Positions 46,302 to 55,040 are shown, counted from the first letter of the stretch. The stretch: DNA of 64,000 bases from Casimicrobiaceae bacterium (GCA_044226535.1 JBGAGT010000015.1:43552-107551); one strand, 5' to 3'. The notes: a model not told the origin generated them from the sequence alone. Translations and numbers: made by a program.

Positions 46302-47156
46302 CTAGTGCAGGTGCTTCAGCTTGTCGGGGTTGCGAACGACGTAGATGGCCGTGATCTTGCCGTCCTCGATGTCCAGCGCAGTGGTCTGGAGCTCGCCATC
46401 GGCCTCGCGCGTGACGAAGCCGGGCAGTCCGTTGACGAACACCACGCGCAGCAGCGTCGACGGCCTGCCCTTCAGCGCTTCCGCGATGCGCTTCTGGATC
46501 GCCATCACGGCCTCGAATCCCCACACCGGTTGCAGCACGGCAGGACGCTTGCCTCCACCGTCGGCTTGCAGGCTGACGTCGCTGGCCAGCATCCCGGCGA
46601 GCGCCTTCACGTCGCCGCTGCGCGACGCCGCGAAGAATGCCTCCGCGATCGCCAGGCCCCGTCGTTTCTCGACCTGGTAACGGGGCCTCGCCGCGCGCAC
46701 ATGCTCGCGCGCCCGCACCGCGAGCTGGCGGCATGCGGCCGGGTCGCGTTGCACGGTTTCGGCGATTTCGTCGAATCCCACCTCGAACACGTCGTGCAGC
46801 AGGAAGACGGCCCGCTCGAGCGGCGAAAGCCGCTCCAGCGCCAGCATCAGCGGCAGCGTGACGTCCTCCTGGACCTCGTCCTCGACGACCGGCTCGGGGA
46901 GCCAGGGGCCGACATAGGTCTCGCGCTTGTGCCGCGCCGACTTGAGCTGGTCGAGGCACAGGCGCGTGACCATGCGCCGAAGGAACGCCTCGGGGACGAG
47001 CACCGCGGCACGGTCGGCGGCCATCCAGCGCACGAACGACTCCTGCACGATGTCCTCGGCATCGGCCACCGAGCCCAGCATGCGGTAGGCCACCCGCACG
47101 AGCTTCGGCCGCAGCGGGGTGAAGCTCGCGGCGGCATCCGGCTGCGCGGGGGTCAC
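46302..47156 (-). CDS. ECF sigma factor, group ECF41 (SigJ-like) with SnoaL-like C-terminal extension
   Basis: Sigma regions 2 and 4 plus WLPEP, DGGGK and NPDKL motifs (YVGPWLPEPVV, LQADGGGKRPA, VVRNPDKLKHL). 284 aa. No anti-sigma gene nearby. Confidence 0.88.
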   Translation of the reverse strand: MTPAQPDAAASFTPLRPKLVRVAYRMLGSVADAEDIVQESFVRWMAADRAAVLVPEAFLRRMVTRLCLDQLKSARHKRETYVGPWLPEPVVEDEVQEDVTLPLMLALERLSPLERAVFLLHDVFEVGFDEIAETVQRDPAACRQLAVRAREHVRAARPRYQVEKRRGLAIAEAFFAASRSGDVKALAGMLASDVSLQADGGGKRPAVLQPVWGFEAVMAIQKRIAEALKGRPSTLLRVVFVNGLPGFVTREADGELQTTALDIEDGKITAIYVVRNPDKLKHLH

Positions 47157-47620
47157 GATGTGGCGACCTTCGCCTTGACGACGGCCGGATCGACGAAGCC
47201 GCCGAACCCCACGGCGATGCGATTCCAGCCGTTGATGACGACGATCGCCAGTGTCAGCTTGACCCGCTCCTCCTCGGTGAAGTGCTGCTTCAGCGCTTCC
47301 CAGGCCGCTTCGTGGGTGTGCGCCTCGGAAAGCCGGGTCAGCGCCTCGGTCCAGGCGAGCGCCGCGCGCTCACGGTCGCTGTAGCAGGGGGCCTCGCGCC
47401 AGGCCGACAGCAGGTAGATGCGCTGTTCCGACTCACCGTCCTCGCGCGCCATCACGGCGTGCAGGTTGATGCAGTTGGCACACCCGTTGATCTGCGAGGC
47501 GCGGATCTCCACCAGTGCCGCGAGGCTTGGCTCGAGGCTGGAGACGATGGCATGGGACGCGCCGAACCAGTGCTTCATCAGCGCGGGCGCGGCAACGGCG
47601 GGATCGAGTCTTGCGTTCAT
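47153..47620 (-). CDS. carboxymuconolactone decarboxylase-family protein (ECF41 partner gene)
   Basis: VEIRASQINGCANCINLHAVMARE is a CMD/AhpD-like motif. Its stop overlaps the sigma start by 4 nt. Confidence 0.82.
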   Translation of the reverse strand: MNARLDPAVAAPALMKHWFGASHAIVSSLEPSLAALVEIRASQINGCANCINLHAVMAREDGESEQRIYLLSAWREAPCYSDRERAALAWTEALTRLSEAHTHEAAWEALKQHFTEEERVKLTLAIVVINGWNRIAVGFGGFVDPAVVKAKVATS

Positions 47621-47657
47621 GGTCGTGGTCCTGTTCTTTCGATGACGACGACTCCAT

Positions 47658-47684
47658 GACGATCGGGGGACGCCCGATGTGACA
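47658..47684 (-). promoter_or_regulatory. ECF41-type promoter TGTCACA-N16-CGTC
   Basis: The minus strand reads TGTCACA (47684-47678), a 16-nt spacer, then CGTC (47661-47658). Located 38-64 nt upstream of the CMD ATG (47620). Confidence 0.65.
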
Positions 47685-47778
47685 TGCCGGCAGCGCAGCC
47701 CGGCCTGGGCTCATGTCCGCCTGACGATGTCGACCGAAATCTCCACCGCCGGGACCGTGCCGCGGCTCCCGAGCCCGC

Positions 47779-48210
47779 TCATCGTCGTGTCCTTTCGACG
47801 GCCAGCTCGTCGTAGCCGGTGGAGGGATCGAATGTGCGGGCTAGCGAGAAACCTTCGGTCGGGGCGAGCAGCAGCTCGACCGTCGTGCGCACCTTGCTTC
47901 CGTAGCCCAGATGACCGCCCAGCACGCGCCCCGCGGCGTCCGCGATCGCCACGTGCACGTGGCAGCCGCCCGTTGACAGGCTGCCCGAGATGACCACGAG
48001 CTCGACGGGGCCGTCCACGAGGGTCGCGTCCCGCGCCGCGGCGAGGCGTATGCGCAGATCGACCAGGCTGCCGACGCCGGCGATCACGAAGCCGCTGCGC
48101 GATCCATCGTCGAAGCGGTACGCGTCGAGCGCCTTCCGCAGGTCGACGCCGGGTCCGAGGCGCAGCGGCAAGCAGCCCATGCGCAACGAGGATGCGCCGT
48201 CGGCGCTCAA
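47779..48210 (-). CDS. PPC (DUF296) domain protein
   Basis: 143 aa with GSLSTGGCHVHVAIADAAGRVLGGHL, typical of PPC/DUF296 (from memory). Confidence 0.6.
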   Translation of the reverse strand: MSADGASSLRMGCLPLRLGPGVDLRKALDAYRFDDGSRSGFVIAGVGSLVDLRIRLAAARDATLVDGPVELVVISGSLSTGGCHVHVAIADAAGRVLGGHLGYGSKVRTTVELLLAPTEGFSLARTFDPSTGYDELAVERTRR

Positions 48211-48602
48211 GGGGAAGCCGGGCTTTCGGCGCTGACCATGACGTGGTAGCCGTCGGGGTCACGGAGCGCGAACTCCAGCGTGCCGGTGTTGGGATTGCGG
48301 CTCGGTTCCTCCTCGAGGCGAGGCACCAGGCGCCGCGCCCGGGCCAGCGACGCATCGAAGTCGTCGACACGGAAGAACAGCAGCAGGCCGTTGCCTGGCG
48401 TCGCTTCCTCGGGGCTTGCGAGCGATGGATGCTCGTGTTCTCCCCACGCGTGCAGGCAAAGCAGCACGGTACCGTCGTCATCCACGATCCGGTCGAAATA
48501 GCTGTGCGCGGGAGCGGTCCGGGGCTGGCCGAACAGCGATCGATACCACGCGCAGCTTCGCGCGACGTCGGCCACACCGATGATGGTCCAGGTGCGCTTC
48601 AC
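48207..48602 (-). CDS. VOC (glyoxalase/bleomycin-resistance/dioxygenase) family protein
   Basis: 131 aa ending in ...LEFALRDPDGYHVMV. Overlaps the downstream gene by 4 nt. Confidence 0.7.
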   Translation of the reverse strand: MKRTWTIIGVADVARSCAWYRSLFGQPRTAPAHSYFDRIVDDDGTVLLCLHAWGEHEHPSLASPEEATPGNGLLLFFRVDDFDASLARARRLVPRLEEEPSRNPNTGTLEFALRDPDGYHVMVSAESPASP

Positions 48603-48618
48603 GGCCTCCTCGTGCCGC

Positions 48619-49383
48619 TCACGGCTTCTTCGCGTCGTCGAGGAGCGCCGGGACGGCTTTGCGGACGTCGCTTTGCAGCATCCGGCTGATCCCCTGCAGC
48701 TTCTCGGCCGGCGTCCAGACGTTCCATGGATCGCCGTCCTTGCTTCGCGCGGCAGACAAGGTGGTCGTCGTCTTGGCGGTCGTGGTGGACAGGACCTCGA
48801 GGGTCGCCACGTCGATCAGCGAAATCGTGACGTAGACATAGGGAGCGAGGTAGCCGACGGCGTCCTCCTGCGTATCCGATCGCCTCAGGTGCGTCACGCG
48901 ATCCACGTAGAACCCCAGTCCTTCCAGCTTGCCGGCACCCACCGCGCGGTCGGCGGCCGTCAGGCGCGCTTCGCCGCGATACTTGGTGAGCAGTATGAGG
49001 TGAGTCGCGCCGGAACCCTTGAGCGCGGTGACGATTTCGGGCGGCGCCGTGAGTTGCGAGCCGGAGAAGAGCCCCTCCTGGTCGTGGTAGAGCGCCGGCG
49101 ATGGCGCCTTGAGGAACACGACGGGCGTGTTGGGGCTGCGCTTCTGCAGGGCCGCGTCGACCGCCAGCACCGCGGCCTTGTCGAAATAGCCGTCGGAAAT
49201 CGGCAACGACTCGTGGACGTTCTCGTCGCCGGTCGTCCGCTTGCGGGGCTGGTAGGTCACCACGCTCAATTCGTCCCCCACCAGCGAAAGCACCGCGTAC
49301 TTGCGCGCCCCGGCATCGGTCTGGGAATGCGCCGCGCCCGCGAGCAGCGCGAGTACGGTCGCCAGCAGGAACTCGATCGACAT
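48619..49383 (-). CDS. hypothetical secreted protein
   Basis: Signal peptide MSIEFLLATVLALLAGAAHSQT. 254 aa. No family recognised. Confidence 0.6.
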   Translation of the reverse strand: MSIEFLLATVLALLAGAAHSQTDAGARKYAVLSLVGDELSVVTYQPRKRTTGDENVHESLPISDGYFDKAAVLAVDAALQKRSPNTPVVFLKAPSPALYHDQEGLFSGSQLTAPPEIVTALKGSGATHLILLTKYRGEARLTAADRAVGAGKLEGLGFYVDRVTHLRRSDTQEDAVGYLAPYVYVTISLIDVATLEVLSTTTAKTTTTLSAARSKDGDPWNVWTPAEKLQGISRMLQSDVRKAVPALLDDAKKP

Positions 49384-49384
49384 G

Positions 49385-49897
49385 CTAGGCCTTTCGCACC
49401 ATCACGATCTCGTCCGGCTCGTCGCGATACGCCACGTGCTGCGCGGTATCGCCATGCGCGAACCCCAGCTTCCTCAACAGCGCTTCCGAGCGGAAGTTGC
49501 GCGCCTTGAGGACCGCGACGAAGTCGCGAGCATCGTACCCGGCGCGCAGCTCGTCAAGCACGGCACGCAGCGCGCTGCTGGCGATGCCCCGCCGCCAATA
49601 CCGGCTGTTGAGCTCGTAGGCGACGAAGGCGGCGCCCGACGGCAACACCGTGGCCTGCACATAGCCCGCCAGCGCGCCACCCGGCAGGCGGATCACCCAG
49701 TTAAGCCAGTGCTCGCTGCCGTCGGCCGAGCGCCGGCTCTCGAGCTTCGCATAGCGTTGCGTGAGCCATGCCTCCGACGCGGGAGGCGCATTCTCGAATT
49801 CGTAGATCGCGGGATCACGGAGAACCTCGAACATCTCGTGCGCATGGGCGGCGACCAGGGGCTCGAGGATGCCGTGCGACGCGACGAGCGTGCGCAT
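49385..49897 (-). CDS. GNAT-family N-acetyltransferase
   Basis: YELNSRYWRRGIASSALRAVLDEL and ...ARNFRSEALLRKLGF. Start at ATG 49897, alternative 49918. Confidence 0.75.
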   Translation of the reverse strand: MRTLVASHGILEPLVAAHAHEMFEVLRDPAIYEFENAPPASEAWLTQRYAKLESRRSADGSEHWLNWVIRLPGGALAGYVQATVLPSGAAFVAYELNSRYWRRGIASSALRAVLDELRAGYDARDFVAVLKARNFRSEALLRKLGFAHGDTAQHVAYRDEPDEIVMVRKA

Positions 49898-49932
49898 CTT
49901 TCGCGCGTCACCGCCCATGCGTGGCCCGTGGC

Positions 49933-50322
49933 TCAGTCGCGAAACGTGGCACCCGCGGCTTCGAGCAGCTGCCGCAGGATGGAACGATGGCAATGCGAGG
50001 CGTCCTCGCAATAGCAACCCACCGAGAAGTTGCTGTGGTGCGAGAGCGCGGCCAGCAGCGCGATCGCATGGCGGTTCCCGGGCGAGGCCATCTCGGCGCG
50101 GTACTTTCGCACGAACACCGTCCATTGCGCGGGCGTCGCGGCCTGCTGGGCGAGCTTCATGGTCGCGAGGCTGGGGGCCAGGTTCGGAAACCAGGTGTCG
50201 TACCAGTCGAGGCGCGCGAAGTCCTTCCTGGGGACACCGCGGGGAGGACGGCGCACGGTGCCGATGCGCAGGCCTTCGTTGCTTGCGCGGGGACTGCCCA
50301 GTCGCACGACGCGAATCGCCAT
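49933..50322 (-). CDS. DUF488 (YeaO-like) family protein
   Basis: MAIRVVRLGSPRASNEGLRIGTVRRPPRGVPK..., WFPNLAPS, SVGCYCEDASHCHRSIL. Confidence 0.7.
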   Translation of the reverse strand: MAIRVVRLGSPRASNEGLRIGTVRRPPRGVPRKDFARLDWYDTWFPNLAPSLATMKLAQQAATPAQWTVFVRKYRAEMASPGNRHAIALLAALSHHSNFSVGCYCEDASHCHRSILRQLLEAAGATFRD

Positions 50323-50354
50323 GGTGACCCCGTTGGTGGCCGTCCGGCGGCTGT

Positions 50355-50441
50355 CTACTGGCCGGGCGGCGGCTGCCACAGCTCGATCTTGTTGCCTTCC
50401 GGGTCGATGATCCAGCCACAGATGTGGGCGAAATTCGGCAT
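50355..50441 (-). pseudogene. 3'-terminal remnant of a VOC/glyoxalase-family gene
   Basis: The last 28 codons read MPNFAHICGWIIDPEGNKIELWQPPPGQ, a typical VOC C-terminal strand (DP[DE]GN.IEL). No matching N-terminal part lies upstream. Confidence 0.45.
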
Positions 50442-50583
50442 GACGGGCTCTCTGCGTATCCCCGCGTGCAGCCTACGCTGCCTGATCTCGCCGGTCAAAG
50501 CGCAATGCCCCGTTCCCGTGCGGCGATGCAGGCGACAGCCTCCGGCTATGATCGCCTCGTCCTGCAATCGCATCGGAGGGCCC

Positions 50584-52215
50584 ATGCGCGGCTCGCAACG
50601 GGTGATCGGCGCGCTGGCGCGCCGCGGGGTCCGCACCCTCTTCAGCCTTTCCGGCAACCAGATCATGCCGCTGTATGACGCATGCATCGATGCCGGGATC
50701 CGCATCGTCCACGTGCGCCACGAGGCCGCTGCCGTCTACATGGCCGATGCGTGGTCGCAGGTCACCGGCGAGGTCGGCGTGGCCCTGCTCACCGCGGGGC
50801 CGGGCATCACCAACGGCGTGTCGCCGCTCTACTCGGCCGCGCAGTCGGAAAGCCCGGTGCTCGTGCTGTCCGGCGACTCGTCGATCGCCGAGGACGGCAT
50901 GGGCGCGTTCCAGGCGATGGACCAGGCTTCGATCACGCGGCCCTTGACCAAGCTGTCGCGGCGCGTCGATTCGCGCGAGGCCCTGGCCACCGCCGTCGAC
51001 CAGGCAATCTCGCTGGCGCTCGCGCCACGCCGGGGTCCCGTGCACCTCGCGCTGCCCTTCGACCTCCTGCGCGACGAGACGGGCATCGATGCGCTGCCCG
51101 CCTTGCCGCCCGAGATCGGGCCGCCCGCCGCGGGCGAAGCCGAGGTGGCTGCCCTGGCCGCGCTTTTCGGGGAGGCGCAGCGGCCCATCGTGCTCGGCGG
51201 CCCAGGCAGCGCGCGGGCCCTGCGACGCGAGGCATGGCGTGAAACGGAAACGCGCCTCCTGGCACCCGTGCTCTCGCTCGAAAGCCCGCGGGGCCTGCGC
51301 GATCCGTCGCTGGGCGCGTTCGCCGAGGTACTCGCGCAAAGCGACCTCGTCGTCCTCGCCGGCAAGCCGCTGGACTTCACCCTCGGCTTCGGTCGTGCGG
51401 CGGCGATCGGCGAAGCGGCACGTGTCGCCGTCCTCGATCCCGATCTGGCCATGCTCGATCGTGCGAGGCGGCTCCTGGGTGGCCGTCTCGCGCTGGCCTG
51501 TCGCTGCGAGCCCTCCGCGCTGCTCTCGCGCGTCACGCCTGCGCGACCGAGCGCCGAGCGCACCGCGTGGCTCGCCCGCGTATCGACGGCCATCGCGTCG
51601 CGCTCGCTTCCGGCCCCTCCGCCCGCCCCGCCCGGCACGATCGCACCGCGCGCGTTGTGCGAGGAAGTGCAGCGCTTTCTCGACACGGCAAGCGAGCCCA
51701 TCCTGGTCTGCGACGGCGGCGAGTTCGGCCAATGGGCACAGGCATTCTGCACGGCGCCCCTGCGCATCATCAATGGCAGCTCGGGCGCCATCGGCGGCGG
51801 CATCTGCTACGCGCTGGCCGCGAAGATCGCGCGACCGCAGGCCACCGTCGTCGCCATGATGGGCGATGGCACCGCCGGCTTCCATCTCATGGAGCTCGAC
51901 ACGGCCGTACGCGAGAAGGCGCCCTTCATCGCCGTGATCGGCAACGATCTTCGCTGGAACGCCGAGTACATGATCCAGCTGCGGACCTACGGCGCCGATC
52001 GGCTGGTCGGCTGCGAGCTCGCCCCTTCGGCGCGCTACCACGACGCCGCACGGGCGCTGGGAGGCTTCGGCGCCCCGGCGTCGACGCTCGAGGGCCTGGG
52101 GCGAGCCTTGCGCGAAGCCGCCGCGAGCGGGCTGCCCGCCTGCGTGGACGTGGCGCTCGCGGGACAGCCCGCGCCCGACTTCGCGGGTGCGGGCGCAGGC
52201 GCAGGCAAGGGTTAG
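50584..52215 (+). CDS. thiamine-pyrophosphate-dependent enzyme, acetolactate-synthase-like
   Basis: N-terminal Pyr domain (GVRTLFSLSGNQIMPLYDA...TAGPGITNG) and C-terminal TPP motif GDGTAGFHLMELDTAVR...IGNDLRWN. Alternative start at 50548. Confidence 0.82.
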   Translation: MRGSQRVIGALARRGVRTLFSLSGNQIMPLYDACIDAGIRIVHVRHEAAAVYMADAWSQVTGEVGVALLTAGPGITNGVSPLYSAAQSESPVLVLSGDSSIAEDGMGAFQAMDQASITRPLTKLSRRVDSREALATAVDQAISLALAPRRGPVHLALPFDLLRDETGIDALPALPPEIGPPAAGEAEVAALAALFGEAQRPIVLGGPGSARALRREAWRETETRLLAPVLSLESPRGLRDPSLGAFAEVLAQSDLVVLAGKPLDFTLGFGRAAAIGEAARVAVLDPDLAMLDRARRLLGGRLALACRCEPSALLSRVTPARPSAERTAWLARVSTAIASRSLPAPPPAPPGTIAPRALCEEVQRFLDTASEPILVCDGGEFGQWAQAFCTAPLRIINGSSGAIGGGICYALAAKIARPQATVVAMMGDGTAGFHLMELDTAVREKAPFIAVIGNDLRWNAEYMIQLRTYGADRLVGCELAPSARYHDAARALGGFGAPASTLEGLGRALREAAASGLPACVDVALAGQPAPDFAGAGAGAGKG

Positions 52216-52234
52216 GACCGGGTCCTACTGCGGC

Positions 52235-52648
52235 TTACTGGGGCTTCCGTGCCTGGATCATCTTCCAGCCATTGCCCGAAGGATCGCGGAAGCCCGCATC
52301 GACCGTGCCGTAACGGTCGGTGGGTTCCTGGGTGAACTCGACACCCTCGGCCAGCAGGCGATCGCAGGACGCGCGGCAATCCTTGACGTCGAGCACCAGC
52401 GGCGGCATCGCGCCCTTGGCCACCAGCTCGCGCAGGGCGCGTGCGGTCGCGGCATCGTGCACGGGAGGGCCCGGCGCGAACAGGCCGAGCTGCAGCGATG
52501 GCTGGTCCGGATGCTGCACCGTCAGCCAGCGATAGTCACCATTGCGCACGTCGGTGTGCACGCGGAACCCCAGCTTGTCGACGTAGAACCCGAGCGCCTC
52601 TTCCTGGTCGCGGACATACAGGCCCACCACTCCAACACCTTCACTCAT
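52235..52648 (-). CDS. VOC (glyoxalase) family protein
   Basis: VGLYVRDQEEALGFYVDKLGF... and FRDPSGNGWKMIQ. 137 aa. Confidence 0.78.
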   Translation of the reverse strand: MSEGVGVVGLYVRDQEEALGFYVDKLGFRVHTDVRNGDYRWLTVQHPDQPSLQLGLFAPGPPVHDAATARALRELVAKGAMPPLVLDVKDCRASCDRLLAEGVEFTQEPTDRYGTVDAGFRDPSGNGWKMIQARKPQ

Positions 52649-52667
52649 GAGACCTCCTTGTGTCTGG

Positions 52668-53129
52668 TCACGCGAGTTTGCCGATCGGCGAGCGGCGGCG
52701 CTTCTCCGAAACTGCGATGTCGAGCTGGGGCCGTTCCATGGCGATCACCGAGCAGCCGGGGACGCGATCGAGGCCCTCCGCCCTGGCGCGCCCGCGCACC
52801 CTTCTTTCGCCGGGATTCTCCCCGGTGACGTCGCGGAAGGTGCGGCCGAACGTGCCGAGGCTTTCCCAGCCCGTGCGGAAGGCGATGTCGGTGATGGAAA
52901 GGTCGGTGTCGCGCAGCAATGCCGACGCCCGCTCGATGCGGCGCGTGAGGAGGTACCGATGAGGTGGAACCCCGAACGCCTGCTTGAACGCGCGCGCGAA
53001 GTGCGCTTCGGACACCCCGCTCACCTTGGCGAGGCGCGCGACCGGCCAGGCCTCGTGGGACGCGCCGTCCATCCTGTCCCTGGCGCGAAGCAGCCGGCGC
53101 AGCAGGCCGGGGTCCTGCGAGGGCATCAC
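52668..53129 (-). CDS. AraC-family helix-turn-helix transcriptional regulator
   Basis: VARLAKVSGVSEAHFARAFKQAFGVPPHRYLLTRRIERASALLRDTDLSITDIAFRTGWESLGTFGRTFR. Start at GTG 53129 or ATG 53126. Confidence 0.82.
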   Translation of the reverse strand: MMPSQDPGLLRRLLRARDRMDGASHEAWPVARLAKVSGVSEAHFARAFKQAFGVPPHRYLLTRRIERASALLRDTDLSITDIAFRTGWESLGTFGRTFRDVTGENPGERRVRGRARAEGLDRVPGCSVIAMERPQLDIAVSEKRRRSPIGKLA

Positions 53130-53281
53130 CAGGGCTGCTTGTTCTTCAGCTTGCCCTTGGGCATCACCAGGGTGGTGGGCGGCAGCGGTCGGTCGGAGGG
53201 CGTCGTGGATTCCTTAGGGACAAGGGTGTTCTTCTTGGGCTTCTTGATCATCTTGTTGCTGCGCTGCTCGCCTTTGGGCAT
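53126..53281 (-). CDS. small Lys-rich protein (51 aa), translationally coupled to the AraC gene
   Basis: Not in the track; read by hand: MPKGEQRSNKMIKKPKKNTLVPKESTTPSDRPLPPTTLVMPKGKLKNKQPW. ATG 53281 is preceded by GAGGAAAA. Its stop TGA (53128-53126) overlaps the AraC GTG/ATG. Confidence 0.5.
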   Translation of the reverse strand: MPKGEQRSNKMIKKPKKNTLVPKESTTPSDRPLPPTTLVMPKGKLKNKQPW

Positions 53282-53326
53282 GGGTTTTCCTCGTGATCGA
53301 TCGGTGATGCGTCCGTGTTGCGTTCG

Positions 53327-54256
53327 TCAGGACTTCCGTCCCGAGACCAGATACATGAGCACGCCGCCTGCGCAGTGATACGTCGACTCCCGGATGGCCT
53401 TTCGGTAGTTGCTTCGTCCGGCGACTTCCATCGCCCAATGCGCCTCGAACTCGGCCGGGTCGCCCCCGCCTGCGATGAAAAGGCCCCGCGCCTGGTCCCT
53501 GGAAAAGTCGATCGACGATTCGAACCAGGCCTCGGTATCCTGCAGGATGGCGCGTTGCTCCGGCGCCGCGTAGGGCGGAAACAGCGGGATCGCCTTGTCC
53601 GACAGGTACACCTCGATATCGGCCAGGCCTGCCGCCGACAGCATTCCCGGAAGCATACCTCCGAGCGACGCGTCGCCGAACCCGAGGGCACGGCGACCGC
53701 GCTGTTGGGCGAGGTTGAACTTCAGCGCCGCGGCTTCTTCCTCGAGCGACCAATCGTCCCTCGACGACGTGGCCGCGGCGCTGGTCCCGAAGTTGTCCGG
53801 CTCGACACACAGCAGGAGCCCGCCCGGCTTCAGCACGCGCAGCATCTCGCCGATGCCTGCGCGGGGATCGGCGAGGTGGATGAGGAGCGTCTGGCAGGTG
53901 ACGAAGTCGAAGGAAGCGTCCGGAAACGGAATGCGCTCCGCAGACCCGCTGCGGGTCGTGACCTCCAGTCCCTGCCGCGCGAGCGCACGGGACCAGGTGG
54001 TCGCCGAGTCCACCCATTTCGGATCGTTGTCGATGGCGGCCAGCCGTGTCCCACCGGAAAGATGCGGCGCCATGGTCCGCGTCCAGTGGCCGGCACCGAA
54101 GCCGACCTCCAATACATCCCGCGCATCTCGCCACCGCAGGCGGCGCGACATCAGTTCGACGAAATCGCGGTTCCACCAGAAGTCGCGGTAGTCGCCGAAG
54201 TAGTCCTCCGAGTGACCTGCTCGGCTACCGGCTTCGGTGATGGCCTTCTCTTCCAT
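53327..54256 (-). CDS. class I SAM-dependent methyltransferase
   Basis: Motif I VLEVGFGAGHWT, then FDFVTCQTLLIHL and LKPGGLLLCVEPD. 309 aa. Confidence 0.8.
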   Translation of the reverse strand: MEEKAITEAGSRAGHSEDYFGDYRDFWWNRDFVELMSRRLRWRDARDVLEVGFGAGHWTRTMAPHLSGGTRLAAIDNDPKWVDSATTWSRALARQGLEVTTRSGSAERIPFPDASFDFVTCQTLLIHLADPRAGIGEMLRVLKPGGLLLCVEPDNFGTSAAATSSRDDWSLEEEAAALKFNLAQQRGRRALGFGDASLGGMLPGMLSAAGLADIEVYLSDKAIPLFPPYAAPEQRAILQDTEAWFESSIDFSRDQARGLFIAGGGDPAEFEAHWAMEVAGRSNYRKAIRESTYHCAGGVLMYLVSGRKS

Positions 54257-54405
54257 GCCGAGTTACCGGGAATGGCAAACGATATGCTGCAGCATCGCCC
54301 CCCGGGCCGCCGAAAGCTCGAGCGCAGCGCCGATCGGCACCCACCTGAACGCGAACACCACCGGGCAATGTACCTCGTCCCTCCCCGCGACGGACATGTC
54401 GAAGA

Positions 54406-54519
54406 TCAGCCGAACCGCTCCGCTGACCGCGCACGCGCCTTGGCCGCCTCGACCTCGCGATCGCGCGGCTGTGCCGTGGTGACCAGTGACGCGATCAGCG
54501 TGCGGATGCTCCGGCACAT
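54406..54519 (-). CDS. DUF2277-like mini-protein (37 aa), apparently internally shortened
   Basis: Read by hand: MCRSIRTLIASLVTTAQPRDREVEAAKARARSAERFG. ATG 54519 is preceded by GAGGGAG. The MCR(S/N)I(R/K)TL start is the DUF2277 hallmark (from memory). Confidence 0.45.
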   Translation of the reverse strand: MCRSIRTLIASLVTTAQPRDREVEAAKARARSAERFG

Positions 54520-54530
54520 GGCTCCCTCGT

Positions 54531-55040
54531 CTACTCTTCGCGTTCGGGTGTACGTTCGACGGTCAAATACCTGGCGATGGCCCGGGCCTTGAAGCACAGC
54601 AAGGCCGCGCCGACGAACTGGATCGCTATCGCGCCCAGACGTATCCCGATGAACTCCTCGGAGGCCGCGAAGCTCTCGCCATTGGCGCGCACCACAATCA
54701 CCAGCGAAATGTAGTACGCGAGTCCTGGCAGGACGCGGACCGTGAACAGCCAGAGGCCGAGGATCACGCAAGCGATCGTCGTGGCTTCGCCGGAGGGAAC
54801 ACTGAGCACGTTGTCGTACCGCGTGCGTGGAATGAGCGTGTGCGCCACCGTCATGGGGAAGAACCAGAGGATTGCCGCGAGGAGGAACATGATTGCGGCC
54901 CAGGCATTGAATCCCCAGGTGGGCCCGATGCCCGGCTGCCTTTCAAGCGTGGCGCTCCCGGCCAACATCGTGAGAGCCTCGAAGACGAGCCAGATGGCGA
55001 ACAGGCGCACCGCGACGCCGACGATCTGTTGAGGTGTCAC
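54531..55040 (-). CDS. hypothetical integral membrane protein (about 4 TM helices)
   Basis: Hydrophobic segments IVGVAVRLFAIWLVF, AAIMFLLAAILWFF, TTIACVILGLWLF, LGAIAIQFVGAALLCF. GTG 55040 lies 9 nt after GGGAGGA. Alternative start at ATG 55103. Confidence 0.6.
   Translation of the reverse strand: MTPQQIVGVAVRLFAIWLVFEALTMLAGSATLERQPGIGPTWGFNAWAAIMFLLAAILWFFPMTVAHTLIPRTRYDNVLSVPSGEATTIACVILGLWLFTVRVLPGLAYYISLVIVVRANGESFAASEEFIGIRLGAIAIQFVGAALLCFKARAIARYLTVERTPEREE

Noticed and set aside
54263-54517. 84-aa track ORF between the methyltransferase and the DUF2277-like gene.
   Set aside because: It has no start-site support or recognisable motifs, an antisense-like composition, and it overlaps the better-supported 37-codon DUF2277-like ORF in another frame.
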